Assembly: GCA_037444405.1 (NCBI GenBank)
Contig: JBBIML010000013.1
Coordinates: forward strand, 1 to 64,000
DNA: 64,000 nucleotides
DNA from: Armatimonadota bacterium
GTDB taxonomy: Bacteria; Armatimonadota; Fimbriimonadia; Fimbriimonadales; GBS-DC
Reading direction: 5' to 3'
The stretch's first letter is position 1; the number at the start of each line of letters is the position of its first letter. Shown here piece after piece: positions 30,818 to 40,141 of this stretch. The position numbers and the translations under genes were made by a program. The notes under the pieces were generated by a model that was not told where the DNA came from, ran no database searches, and worked only from the letters and a program-made list of their open reading frames with translations.

Positions 30818-31828
30818 ATGCGTAAAGATAGCATTAGGGCTGATTTTGATAGCGCGTGGAAGTTTGCGGTGGAGACCTTCCTGCCACAGTGCCTCCAGCT
30901 GCTCTTCCCATACCTGCACGCATCCATCAACTGGACACACCCACCCACCTTCCTCAACACCGAACTGCGCAAAATTCGACCCGAATCGCAGGCACACCGA
31001 CGCTTCGTCGATGTGCTGGCACAGGTGCACTTCAACGACGGACACCCTCGCCTCATCTACCTCCATATCGAAATCCAGGCACAACCCGACCCCCAGTTCC
31101 CCCTGCGCATGTTCGTCTATCACTACCGCATTTTTGACCTCATCCACTTTGGCGAGGTTATCAGCCTCACCATCTTAGCCGATGCGGACCCCCACTGGCG
31201 TCCTGACCGCTTTGAGCGTTCGCTGGCAGGCTGCGAGCTGAGCTTCCGCTTTCCAACGGTGAAGCTGCTGGATTTGCAGGAGCCAGAGCTGGAAAACAGC
31301 CCCAATCCGTTTGCGCTGGTGGTGCTGGCGCACCTGCGGGCGTTGCGGGCGCGGGGCGATGTGCAGCTGCTGTTTGCGGAGAAGGTGCGGTTGATACGGC
31401 AGCTGGGGCGGCGCGGGTATAATGCAGATGATGTGGCGAATCTGTACAGGGTGGTGGATTATCTGATGGCGTTGCCGAAGGATCTGGAGGAGCAGGTGGA
31501 GGAGATAGTTCGGTCGGTGGCGCGGGAGCAGCGGCTGCCGAAGTTGACGAGTCTGGAGCGTTTTGCGCTGGAGCGTGGGGCGCGTCGGGGTTTGCGGAAG
31601 GGTTTGCGGAAGGGGTTGCAGCAGGGTCTGCAGCAGGGTGCGATTAATACGATCCTGACCGTCCTGCGAGCGCGTTTTGGTGAGGTGCCCGAGCGTATTC
31701 GTCAGGCGCTGGAGCGGGTGGACTCGCTGGAACGTCTGGAGGCGCTGGGTGCGGTGGCGGCGACGGTGGAGAGCCTGGAAGCCTTCGAGCAAGCGCTCCA
31801 GCAAATAGCCCCGCCACCCTCGTCCTGA
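30818..31828 (+). CDS. Rpn/YadD-like PD-(D/E)XK nuclease (putative transposase) with DUF4351-like C-terminus
   Basis: DSAWK, RFVDVL..LHIEIQ, RMFVYHYRIFD, NPFALV, GxxxG repeats, 'LRARFGEVP'. Confidence 0.8.
   Translation: MRKDSIRADFDSAWKFAVETFLPQCLQLLFPYLHASINWTHPPTFLNTELRKIRPESQAHRRFVDVLAQVHFNDGHPRLIYLHIEIQAQPDPQFPLRMFVYHYRIFDLIHFGEVISLTILADADPHWRPDRFERSLAGCELSFRFPTVKLLDLQEPELENSPNPFALVVLAHLRALRARGDVQLLFAEKVRLIRQLGRRGYNADDVANLYRVVDYLMALPKDLEEQVEEIVRSVAREQRLPKLTSLERFALERGARRGLRKGLRKGLQQGLQQGAINTILTVLRARFGEVPERIRQALERVDSLERLEALGAVAATVESLEAFEQALQQIAPPPSS
31589..31636 (+). repeat. 4 x 12-bp tandem repeat encoding GLRK/GLQQ
   Basis: ggtttgcggaag x2, gggttgcagcag, ggtctgcagcag. Confidence 0.85.
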
Positions 31829-31840
31829 CCTCAAAGGCAG

Positions 31841-32905
31841 ATGCGCAAAGTTATTTTTCTGCTGGGGCTGCTGACAGCAGTGCTGATTGGCTGTCAGCGG
31901 CGAGAGGCGCCCCCGCCCGCGCTACAGCCACCTCTGCAGGGCGCTCTGCAAATCACTTTCTTCGATATCGGGCAGGGCGATTCCGCGCTGGTGCAGTTCC
32001 CCAACGGCAAAACAATGCTCATCGACGGCGGTCCGCCCGAATCGGGGGTCCGGCTTGTGCAAAAACTACGCCAGCTGAGAGTGGCGCGCATCCACTGGCT
32101 GGTTGCCAGCCATCCACACAGCGATCACATCGGTGGATTCATTCGGGTGCTGCGCGAGTTCACCATCGACGAGGTGTGGGATTCGGGCTTCGTGTACGAC
32201 TCGCCCGTCTATCTCGATTATCTGCGGGCGGTCAGGCGCAGTCGGGCGAAGTTCCGCGCAGTGGCGGCAGGTTATCGGATGGAACCAGCGCCCAATTGCC
32301 AGATTGAGGTGTTCGCGCCAAGCAAGCCGTTCCTGCGCGGCACCAACTCCGACGCCAATAACGCCAGCATCGTGATGCGCCTGCGTTGCGGCAAAGTGCG
32401 CGTGCTGTTCACGGGCGACATCGAGCGGGAGGGACGGGCGCGAATCTATCGGCAGGGCGCCGATCTGCGAGCGGAGGTGCTGAAGGTCGCCCATCACGGC
32501 TCCCACAACGGCACCGACATGGCGTTCCTGAGTCGCGTGCGCCCGCGTATTGCGATTATCTCCTGTGGCGTGCGCAACCTGTACGGTCATCCGCACAAAG
32601 AGGCGTTGCAGGCGTTGCAGCGCATCGGCGCCACCATCTATCGCACCGATTGGCATGGCGACATCACTGTGCGCGTGCAGGGTGAGCGCCTGCAGGTGTT
32701 CACCGCACGCAAGTCGCCCGCAGTGCCCGCGCCACCCGCCTCAGCATCCCCAACCACGGGCTTTATCGGCAACCGAATCAGCAAAGTGTATCACGCACCT
32801 GACTGCAAGGGTCTACCCAAGCCCGAAAACCGCGTCCACTTCCGCACCCGCGCAGAAGCTGAACAGGCAGGCTACCGCCCCCACCACGCCTGCTTGGGTG
32901 AATAG
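31841..32905 (+). CDS. ComEC/Rec2-like MBL-fold lipoprotein with C-terminal Ada-like metal-binding domain
   Basis: Lipobox LIGC; DIGQGDS, SHPHSDHIGG, TGD, HHGS, YGHPH; C-term 'GNRISKVYHAPDC..AEQAGYRP'. Confidence 0.85.
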   Translation: MRKVIFLLGLLTAVLIGCQRREAPPPALQPPLQGALQITFFDIGQGDSALVQFPNGKTMLIDGGPPESGVRLVQKLRQLRVARIHWLVASHPHSDHIGGFIRVLREFTIDEVWDSGFVYDSPVYLDYLRAVRRSRAKFRAVAAGYRMEPAPNCQIEVFAPSKPFLRGTNSDANNASIVMRLRCGKVRVLFTGDIEREGRARIYRQGADLRAEVLKVAHHGSHNGTDMAFLSRVRPRIAIISCGVRNLYGHPHKEALQALQRIGATIYRTDWHGDITVRVQGERLQVFTARKSPAVPAPPASASPTTGFIGNRISKVYHAPDCKGLPKPENRVHFRTRAEAEQAGYRPHHACLGE

Positions 32906-32920
32906 GTATACTTCCTGTGT

Positions 32921-33922
32921 ATGTCCGCAATCGTGGTGGAGCATCTGTCGAAGACCTATGTGACCTACAAGCGTCCGCCCGGGCTGCTCGGCGCTGTCAA
33001 AAGCCTGTTCCGGCGCGAGCGCCAGTATGTGGAGGCGGTACGCGACATCTCCTTCACGATTGAAGAGGGTGAGCTGGTCGGCTTTCTGGGACCCAACGGC
33101 GCGGGCAAGACCACCACGCTGAAGATGCTGTCGGGCATTATCTTCCCGACATCCGGCACCGCGCGCGTGCTGGGCTATGTGCCCTGGGAGCGACGCCCCG
33201 AAATGCAACGCCAGATCGCGCTCGTGATGGGACAGAAGATGCAGCTCTGGTGGGACCTGCCTGCCTACGAATCGTATCTCCTGCTCAAAGCGCTCTATGA
33301 AGTACCTGACGACGAGTTCGAACGGCGCGTGAATGAGCTGGCGGAGATGCTCGAAATCCGCCATGTGCTGAATGTGCAGGTGCGGCGCCTGTCGCTGGGC
33401 GAGCGCATGAAATGCGAGCTGCTGGCGGCGCTGCTCCATCGCCCGCGCGTGCTGTTTCTGGACGAGCCCACGATTGGGCTGGATGTGGTCTCGCAGAAGC
33501 GCATTCGTGAGTTCCTGAAAGAGTATAACCAGCGCGAACGCACCACCATTCTGCTTACCAGCCACTACATGCAGGATGTGCAGGAGCTGGCTCAGCGTGT
33601 GCTGATTATTCATCACGGGCGACTGATTTTCGATGACACGCTCCGCGCGCTGGTGGAGCAATATAGCCCCAGCAAGGCGTTGCGCCTGCAGTTCGAACAG
33701 CCCATCGAGCCGATGGCGCTGACGCGCTTCGGGCGGGTGGTACGCCATGACGGACTGGAAGCGGTGCTGGAGGTGCCGCGCGAGCAGGTTAGTCGCGTCG
33801 CCGCGCAAATCCTTCAGCAACTGCCCGTTCACGACATCACCATCGAAGAGGTGGAGGTGGACGAGATTGTTCGCGACATCTTCGCGGGCAAACGCGCCGA
33901 CCTCGAAGCCGAACGGGTATAA
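32921..33922 (+). CDS. ABC-2 type transporter ATP-binding protein
   Basis: GPNGAGKTT, LSLGERMK, LDEPTIGLD, TSH. Confidence 0.92.
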   Translation: MSAIVVEHLSKTYVTYKRPPGLLGAVKSLFRRERQYVEAVRDISFTIEEGELVGFLGPNGAGKTTTLKMLSGIIFPTSGTARVLGYVPWERRPEMQRQIALVMGQKMQLWWDLPAYESYLLLKALYEVPDDEFERRVNELAEMLEIRHVLNVQVRRLSLGERMKCELLAALLHRPRVLFLDEPTIGLDVVSQKRIREFLKEYNQRERTTILLTSHYMQDVQELAQRVLIIHHGRLIFDDTLRALVEQYSPSKALRLQFEQPIEPMALTRFGRVVRHDGLEAVLEVPREQVSRVAAQILQQLPVHDITIEEVEVDEIVRDIFAGKRADLEAERV

Positions 33923-33932
33923 TTAATCCGCT

Positions 33933-34021
33933 GCCGGAGTGGCGGAACTGGTAGACGCGCCGGTCTCAAAAACCGGTCCGGGGGGACCCGGGTGTGGGTT
34001 CGATTCCCACCTCCGGCACCA
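33933..34021 (+). tRNA. tRNA-Leu (CAA)
   Basis: GCCGGAG/CTCCGGC acceptor stem, D-loop TGGTA, anticodon arm ccggt-CT-CAA-AA-accgg, long variable arm, GTTCGATTC, encoded CCA; TATAAT at 33918-33923. Confidence 0.96.
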
Positions 34022-34035
34022 GCAGCGCCGCGCAT

Positions 34036-35313
34036 TCAAACCTGTCGAACCTCTTTGACGAGAAGCAGACCGAGCGCGAAGGCGGCACAGATGCCGGCGC
34101 CGATCAGCACGGCGGTCGGCGCGCCCAGCATCTGCGCCAGCTTGCCAATCATCAATGCGGCGAACGGTGCAGGACCGTTAATCGCCCAGGTGTGCAGGGA
34201 AACCACGCGTCCACGCAGGTGATCAGGTGCAGCCGTCTGCAACGCCGTGTTGGTCGACACCAGCTGCATCACGCCGAACATGCCCGCCAGCATCAGCATC
34301 AGCTTGGCAATCAGCGGGTGACTCAGTTGCGAGAATCCAATCACGCTCCATGCGAAGCCGTTGGCGGCAATCAGCACCAGCACGCCGCGCGGGATTTCGC
34401 CCGAAAGCCGCGCCACCATCAGCAGCCCGATCAGCGAGCCGATGCCAGCGAAGGTGTAGAGCTGACCCAGACCCGCCTTGCCGATTTTCAGTATCTCCGC
34501 GGCGAACACGGGCAGCAGCACCAGATAGGACAGCCCGAACAGACTCAGCACGATCACATTTAGCCACAGCACGAATAGCCCGCGCCGCGCCACCACAAAC
34601 TGCACGCCCTCCCGCAGCGAGTGGAGCAGCCCGCCCCGCGACTCGCCATCATCCACCGACTGCACCCGAATGGTCAGCAACGCCAGCAGGATCGCGCTGA
34701 AGCTGATAGCGTTAACCAGAAAACATGGCGCTGCGCCGACCCGCTCCAGCAGAAGACCCCCCAGCGCAGGTCCCAGAATGCGCGCGGTATGGAACGCGGC
34801 GGCGTTCAGCGCGATGCCGTTCGCCAGATCGCGCTTGTCCACCAGATGCGCCACCAGCGACTGGCGCGTCGGCAAATCGATCGATAACACCAGCCCGTTC
34901 AGCAGCACCAGCCCCAGAATGTGTTCGTATCGGATCAGCCCTGTGTAGGTGAGGATCGCGAGCGTGAGCGCGCTCAATGCGAAGGTGCTTTGCGTGAGGA
35001 GCAGAATGGTGCGGCGGTTCCAGCGGTCGGAGATGGCGCCGCCCAGCGGCGCGAACAACAGCATCGGCAAGCCCTGCACAAAACCCACCACGCCCAGCAA
35101 GAACTCCGAGCGCGTCAGCTCATACACCAGCCAGCTCTGGGCGACATTTTGAACCCATGAGCCGATGAACGACAGGAACGCGCCCATCCAGTACCGCCGA
35201 AAGACGGGGTACCGCATCGCCTGAAAAGTTGAACCCAGCCAGCCAGTCGAGAGAAACAAGCCCCCTTGCGGAGGCTCCAGCGGCTCCGACTTACCCGACG
35301 GTCGAACCGACAC
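34036..35313 (-). CDS. MFS transporter (DUF894/EntS-like)
   Basis: About 12 TM helices; GSWVQNVAQSWLVY, GAISDRWNRR, PDHLRGRVVS; start inferred from -10 box. Confidence 0.88.
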   Translation of the reverse strand: MSVRPSGKSEPLEPPQGGLFLSTGWLGSTFQAMRYPVFRRYWMGAFLSFIGSWVQNVAQSWLVYELTRSEFLLGVVGFVQGLPMLLFAPLGGAISDRWNRRTILLLTQSTFALSALTLAILTYTGLIRYEHILGLVLLNGLVLSIDLPTRQSLVAHLVDKRDLANGIALNAAAFHTARILGPALGGLLLERVGAAPCFLVNAISFSAILLALLTIRVQSVDDGESRGGLLHSLREGVQFVVARRGLFVLWLNVIVLSLFGLSYLVLLPVFAAEILKIGKAGLGQLYTFAGIGSLIGLLMVARLSGEIPRGVLVLIAANGFAWSVIGFSQLSHPLIAKLMLMLAGMFGVMQLVSTNTALQTAAPDHLRGRVVSLHTWAINGPAPFAALMIGKLAQMLGAPTAVLIGAGICAAFALGLLLVKEVRQV

Positions 35314-35355
35314 TGCACCCCCATAATACCCCATCTTCAAGGTATACTTCCCGCC

Positions 35356-35973
35356 ATGCGAAGCGTCGCACTGTTGGGGCTTGGAGCGGTACTGGGCGGG
35401 CTGATGCTAATCGCGATTCACTCCCAGCAGAGCCAGCCATCGAGCAGCACATCCACCGCCGAAATCGATCAGCTGCTGCTCGCGCTGACCGACATCAACT
35501 GGTTCCACAATGTGCGCCCGCTGAACCTGACCGCCGAACAGGTGGACCGGCTCATCGCCGCGCACGAAAAGGCGTTCAAGCAGCTGGACGAACTGATCCA
35601 GCAGGAGGCAAAGGAGCTGCGCAACCGCAAGGACGAGATTCTGCGCGTGCGCGAGGACGCCTCACGCGGCAAAAGCGTGCCGAAAGAGTTTCTGGACGCT
35701 ATGCGCCAGCTGGAGACCAGCGCCGCCCAGCGCCGGCGCGACCTGCGCACCCGCGTCATCACCGAAATCAGCACCGAACTCAAACCGCGCTTCACCGAAG
35801 AGCAGATGGACTATATGGTCAAACGCAGCCGTGAGGTTCTGCAAGCCAGCAAAGTGGACACCGAGAAACTGGAGCGCGACCAGCTCTATATGTTCTTTAT
35901 AGAGCATGTTTTCCTGACGGAGCGCGCGCCAACCCTGCTCAAAGAGTGGAAGCAAAAGAATCTGACGCACTGA
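35356..35973 (+). CDS. Hypothetical secreted helical protein
   Basis: Signal-like N-terminus, 'LNLTAEQ' Spy/CpxP-like motif; TATACT 7 nt upstream. Confidence 0.6.
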   Translation: MRSVALLGLGAVLGGLMLIAIHSQQSQPSSSTSTAEIDQLLLALTDINWFHNVRPLNLTAEQVDRLIAAHEKAFKQLDELIQQEAKELRNRKDEILRVREDASRGKSVPKEFLDAMRQLETSAAQRRRDLRTRVITEISTELKPRFTEEQMDYMVKRSREVLQASKVDTEKLERDQLYMFFIEHVFLTERAPTLLKEWKQKNLTH

Positions 35974-35990
35974 CAACCCCATCAGCCATC

Positions 35991-36026
35991 CTTAACCCCC
36001 TCTTAACCCCGCCCGCATGGTATACT
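35991..36026 (+). promoter_or_regulatory. Tandem CTTAACCC direct repeats (11-bp period) plus -10 TATACT
   Basis: cttaaccc-cct-cttaaccc at 35991-36009; TATACT 36021-36026. Confidence 0.5.
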
Positions 36027-36057
36027 CTTCATAGGGGAACACCCCGAAAGGAGGCTG

Positions 36058-37182
36058 ATGACGATGATCCGAACAGGCACGGTTATTCTAACAGTGACGG
36101 TGCTGCTATGCGCCAGCTATGCCCAGCAGGTGCTGGGCAACGACAAGGGCAAGGTGCGCGCTGTTAACGCGCTGTCGGATATTAGCATGGCAGAGGACCC
36201 GCTCGAATGGAGCCGACGCGACTTTCAGGACGGCGCGAACGCCGAGATATTTGGCTTCTGGCCTGCCTACACCATTCAGAACAACTTCTTCGATCCTGAG
36301 TTTGGGCAGGGCGACGACACGGGCAGTGTAACCATCACCAGCGTCGATTCGCTGGTGAATGCAGGCTGGCCAGCGACCTTCACCATCCCGCGCTATCTGT
36401 TCCGCCAGGGCGGCGCGTACACCAACAATAGCGCAGCGGGCGACCACAACCCCATCGGACCCGTCTGGATCAAGTACGAGCTGGACGACAGCAATCCCAG
36501 CGGCTGGAATGTGCGCAAGATTCAGGTGTGGACCTGGGATGTGCGCGACATCATCCACAAGAGCAGCACCAGCAAAACCCGCTCCTTCTCCGATACCGCC
36601 TCGCCCTATCGCATCGATGTGTATGTCGCCAGTACCGATAGCGACCCGTCCGCCAGCCCCGAAAACAACCCTGAATGGACGCTGGTGGGCACGCTGAGCG
36701 TGGCAAACGGCACAATCCCGCTGGTGTGCCAGTGGGACCCGAACACGGGCAACACCTTCGGCGAGTGCCCGCAGGCGTTCATCGACTTCATCAGCGGCAA
36801 TAACTCGGCTGGCGTTGCGTTCTATAACGACCCGACCAACGACATCTGGTACGCCACGCTCACCGTTTCGGGTCTGAGTGGCATCCGCTATGTGGCGCTG
36901 GTCATCCCGCAGGGCAACCAGTACGGTCAGGACCCTGACCTGAACGCCAGCAGTCGCACCACCTCCAGCCTGCGCTACACCAACATCACCGATGTGCGCG
37001 TGTTCGCGGGCGTTGAGGGCGATGTGAACGGCGACGGCTGCGTGGACGATGCCGACCTGCTGGCGGTGCTGTTCGCCTTCGGGCAAACGGGCAGCGAGCT
37101 GCCTGAAGATGTGAACGGCGACGGCGTGGTGGACGACGCGGACCTGCTGATTGTGCTGTTCAACTTCGGACAGGGCTGCTAA
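36058..37182 (+). CDS. Secreted protein with C-terminal paired dockerin/EF-hand-like repeats
   Basis: Signal peptide; GDVNGDGCVDDADLLAVLFAFG and EDVNGDGVVDDADLLIVLFNFGQGC; SD AAGGAGG. Confidence 0.8.
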   Translation: MTMIRTGTVILTVTVLLCASYAQQVLGNDKGKVRAVNALSDISMAEDPLEWSRRDFQDGANAEIFGFWPAYTIQNNFFDPEFGQGDDTGSVTITSVDSLVNAGWPATFTIPRYLFRQGGAYTNNSAAGDHNPIGPVWIKYELDDSNPSGWNVRKIQVWTWDVRDIIHKSSTSKTRSFSDTASPYRIDVYVASTDSDPSASPENNPEWTLVGTLSVANGTIPLVCQWDPNTGNTFGECPQAFIDFISGNNSAGVAFYNDPTNDIWYATLTVSGLSGIRYVALVIPQGNQYGQDPDLNASSRTTSSLRYTNITDVRVFAGVEGDVNGDGCVDDADLLAVLFAFGQTGSELPEDVNGDGVVDDADLLIVLFNFGQGC

Positions 37183-37196
37183 ACAAATAGTGCGTT

Positions 37197-40100
37197 TCAC
37201 CCACCGCGTCGGCGGCGTTTGATTTCCAGCAGGCGGCTGGTGGTGTCGCCTTCAGCGGGTGTGGGCGCGGGGCTGACCTCGCCTCGTTGCGGCGCGGGTT
37301 GGGCGGGCGCGCGGGGTGGGGTCGCCGCGTCTTCGCCTGCCTGAATCGGGCGAGAGGCAATAACTGGCTCGCCATCGGCGGGGGTCGTGGATGCACCGCC
37401 AGCGGGGGTCGTCGCCGTGCGCACTCTGCCCTTCACATTCAGCAGGCGGGCAGTGGCGGCGGGAGCCTCCACCGGACGGCGTACCCAGCGTCGCCCGCGC
37501 AGCCAGCCCAGCGCCTGACGCAACAGCGCGACCGCCTCCCCAATCGGCAGCACCACACGACGCACCGTGATGTCCATTAACAACAGCACGACCGCCAGCC
37601 AGAGCAGCGCACGCCACAGATCGGACACCGATGCGCCCCGCCGCGCCACGGGACGGAACGCCTGCTCCGGCTGAGGGTTCAACCTGCCGCCCGTGATCTC
37701 GGCGATGCGCGTCAGCAGCGGAATATTCGCGCGGCTGAAGCGATATTCGGGCGGATAGGGCAGAGCATAGCCGCGCGTGGCAGTGCGCACCGTGCCATCG
37801 GGCTGTTTCTCAATAACCGTCAGCATATAGTCGCCCACATCGCGCAGGGGGAACCGCCCCATGTAGCGACCTGGCGCATCCTGCTGAAGGGTGATGGTCT
37901 GCCCCTCGCCGTTCGGAAAGCTGATGCGCAACTCTGGCTGAAGGAAGTTAATCGGTTCGCCTTCAGGTGTGAATGCCTGCATCTCCACAACCGCCTGCCC
38001 GCCCTCCTGTCGCACGGTGATCTGATAGTCCTGACGGCTGCCCTTACGCAGGATGGAGCGCACCACCTGCGTCCAGAAGGGCGCGAACTCGCTCCAGCCA
38101 ACCCACCGCTGCGCCCATTTCGGCTTGGCATCGGAGGTGAAGGCGAGCGAAGTGCCCAGCCCGTACTGCCACACGGCGAGCAACGGGTCGTTCTTGTGCG
38201 TGCGCATCAGCACGCGCGCCAGCGGGCGATCGGAGGTCAAATCGTACGCCAGCAGCGCGGGCGTGCTGTTCCAGTTGATGCCCTCCAGCATTTCGTCCGC
38301 GCCCGTGATTTTGGGGATAAACGCGCCCTCTTCGATGGCGGAGCGGGTCATCAGGCTCACATCGGCGGTGAAGAGGCGCGGCAGGTCGCGGGCGCGCGTG
38401 GTCAGGTAAAAGTTGCCCCCGCTCACCTGTGCCAGTTGCTGCAGGAAGCCGACATCTTTGCCCGCGCCCAACGCCACCACCGACATCGTGACGCCGTTCG
38501 CGCGCATGCGCTGGGCAATCTCGAAACAGCCCTCCTGTTCGTCGCAGTCGTCGCCATCTGCCAGCAGGATCACATGCTTGACGCGCGTGTTCTGGGGGAT
38601 AATCGCCTGCGCCGCGAACTCCAGCGACGGACGGCAGTAGATGCCGCCGCCGCCCGCGTAGATGCGCGAGACCTGCTCGATGGCGCGCTCCTTATTGCCA
38701 GCGGGCTGAATGGGCGCGAGCCAGTCGACGCCCGTGCCGCTCACAATCACGCCAAACTGGTCCATCGGGCGCAACATCTTGAGCGTCTGGATGGCGGCAT
38801 GCCCCGCCAGCTGCACCTTCGGAATGCCATCTTCTGGCACCGCCATACTGCCCGAAATATCGATAATGATGACGACGGTCGCGGCGGGGAAGACCCTGCG
38901 CTGGCGCACATTCAGATCGACGGGCAGAATCTCGGCGATGGGCGTTTCGTAGTAGCCGCCTGGCAGGAAGGAGTTCTCGCCGCCGATCATGGCGAACCCG
39001 ATGCCCGTGTCGCGCACCGCGCTCTGGATGGTCAGCATCTGCTGGGGCGAGAGCGCGACGGCGGGCAGATCGTGAAACAGGATCGCATCGTAGCCCTGCA
39101 GTTCATCGGCGCGGGCGGAGAAGCTGTTCGCGTCGGCGCGCACGACCTCCAGATTGTTCGCTCGCAGGGCGCGTTCGAGAGCGCGGGTGGGGTCCGGCGT
39201 GCCTTCAGCGAGCAAAACGCGCGGCTTGCCCCGAACCTGCACAAATGCGCGCCCCACATTGTTGCGCGGATCCTCGTCTGGCTGAACCTCTAAAGTGGCG
39301 CGATAGCGGTGGAAGCCCTCCTTCTCCGTGCGGATGGGCACCAGCACCACATTTTTGCCCGGCGTGAGCTGAACGGGCACACTCTTGACAGGTTGACCGT
39401 CCCGATCGATGTGGAGCGTGCCCGAGGCGGGCTTGCGGGCGTCGATCACCACGCGCAGATTGAACGGCTCGCCGATTTTGACCTCGCTGGGCGCCTGAAT
39501 CTCCTGCACCAGCGTCTCCGATTCGGGCGTTGCTGATGCCAGTTGAACCGTGTCGATTTCGATGTTTTCGGTGGCGGCGACGGCGGCGGCGTCCAGCGCG
39601 TTGCCCTCGGTCTCGTTGCCATCGGAAAGCAGCACGATTCGCCGATCCTTGCCGTCGGGAAAGAGCGCGCTTGCCAGTCGGATGGCGGCGGCGATGTTCG
39701 TGCCCTGTCGGTCGGGCGCCGACAGGATGGGCGGCAGCGTGCGGGTGCCCGCAGGCGCGAAGTCGATCAGCGCGTCGCGCCCGAACACAATCAGCGCCGC
39801 CTGATCCTCCTCGCTCATCGCTTTCAGCGCCTGTTGAACATAGTCGCGTGCCGCCTGCTTGCCCTTATCAGGGACGCTGTCGGAGGCGTCCAGCAGGAAG
39901 ATGGTGCAGATGCCCTGATTCTGGCGCACGGCTTGCAGTCCCGCCAGCGCCAGCACGATGCACAGCATCAGCAGCGAGCGCAGGATCAGCGCCAGCCGCC
40001 GACGGGCGCGACTGATACCGAGCATGCGCCGCCCGCTCCACCACACCCCCGCAATCAGCACGGGTAGCAACAGCAGGTAGCCCGGCTCCACGAACCGCAT
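37197..40100 (-). CDS. Membrane-anchored VWA protein (BatA-like N-term, two VWA domains, GATase-like domain)
   Basis: MIDAS motifs DASDS and DISGS; LLSDGNE, LADG; WQYGLG; C-terminal TM. Confidence 0.85.
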   Translation of the reverse strand: MRFVEPGYLLLLPVLIAGVWWSGRRMLGISRARRRLALILRSLLMLCIVLALAGLQAVRQNQGICTIFLLDASDSVPDKGKQAARDYVQQALKAMSEEDQAALIVFGRDALIDFAPAGTRTLPPILSAPDRQGTNIAAAIRLASALFPDGKDRRIVLLSDGNETEGNALDAAAVAATENIEIDTVQLASATPESETLVQEIQAPSEVKIGEPFNLRVVIDARKPASGTLHIDRDGQPVKSVPVQLTPGKNVVLVPIRTEKEGFHRYRATLEVQPDEDPRNNVGRAFVQVRGKPRVLLAEGTPDPTRALERALRANNLEVVRADANSFSARADELQGYDAILFHDLPAVALSPQQMLTIQSAVRDTGIGFAMIGGENSFLPGGYYETPIAEILPVDLNVRQRRVFPAATVVIIIDISGSMAVPEDGIPKVQLAGHAAIQTLKMLRPMDQFGVIVSGTGVDWLAPIQPAGNKERAIEQVSRIYAGGGGIYCRPSLEFAAQAIIPQNTRVKHVILLADGDDCDEQEGCFEIAQRMRANGVTMSVVALGAGKDVGFLQQLAQVSGGNFYLTTRARDLPRLFTADVSLMTRSAIEEGAFIPKITGADEMLEGINWNSTPALLAYDLTSDRPLARVLMRTHKNDPLLAVWQYGLGTSLAFTSDAKPKWAQRWVGWSEFAPFWTQVVRSILRKGSRQDYQITVRQEGGQAVVEMQAFTPEGEPINFLQPELRISFPNGEGQTITLQQDAPGRYMGRFPLRDVGDYMLTVIEKQPDGTVRTATRGYALPYPPEYRFSRANIPLLTRIAEITGGRLNPQPEQAFRPVARRGASVSDLWRALLWLAVVLLLMDITVRRVVLPIGEAVALLRQALGWLRGRRWVRRPVEAPAATARLLNVKGRVRTATTPAGGASTTPADGEPVIASRPIQAGEDAATPPRAPAQPAPQRGEVSPAPTPAEGDTTSRLLEIKRRRRGG

Positions 40101-40141
40101 CGCGCCACTATTGTACCTCTTAAGCGGGGTATACTGCCCGC

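Noticed and set aside
30818..31828. Rpn-like gene as an IS element
   Set aside because: No terminal inverted repeats or target duplication seen; the 'transposase' label of this family is not well supported
33933..34021. tRNA-Leu as an integration site
   Set aside because: No integrase and no duplicated tRNA 3' end seen; flanks look like ordinary genes
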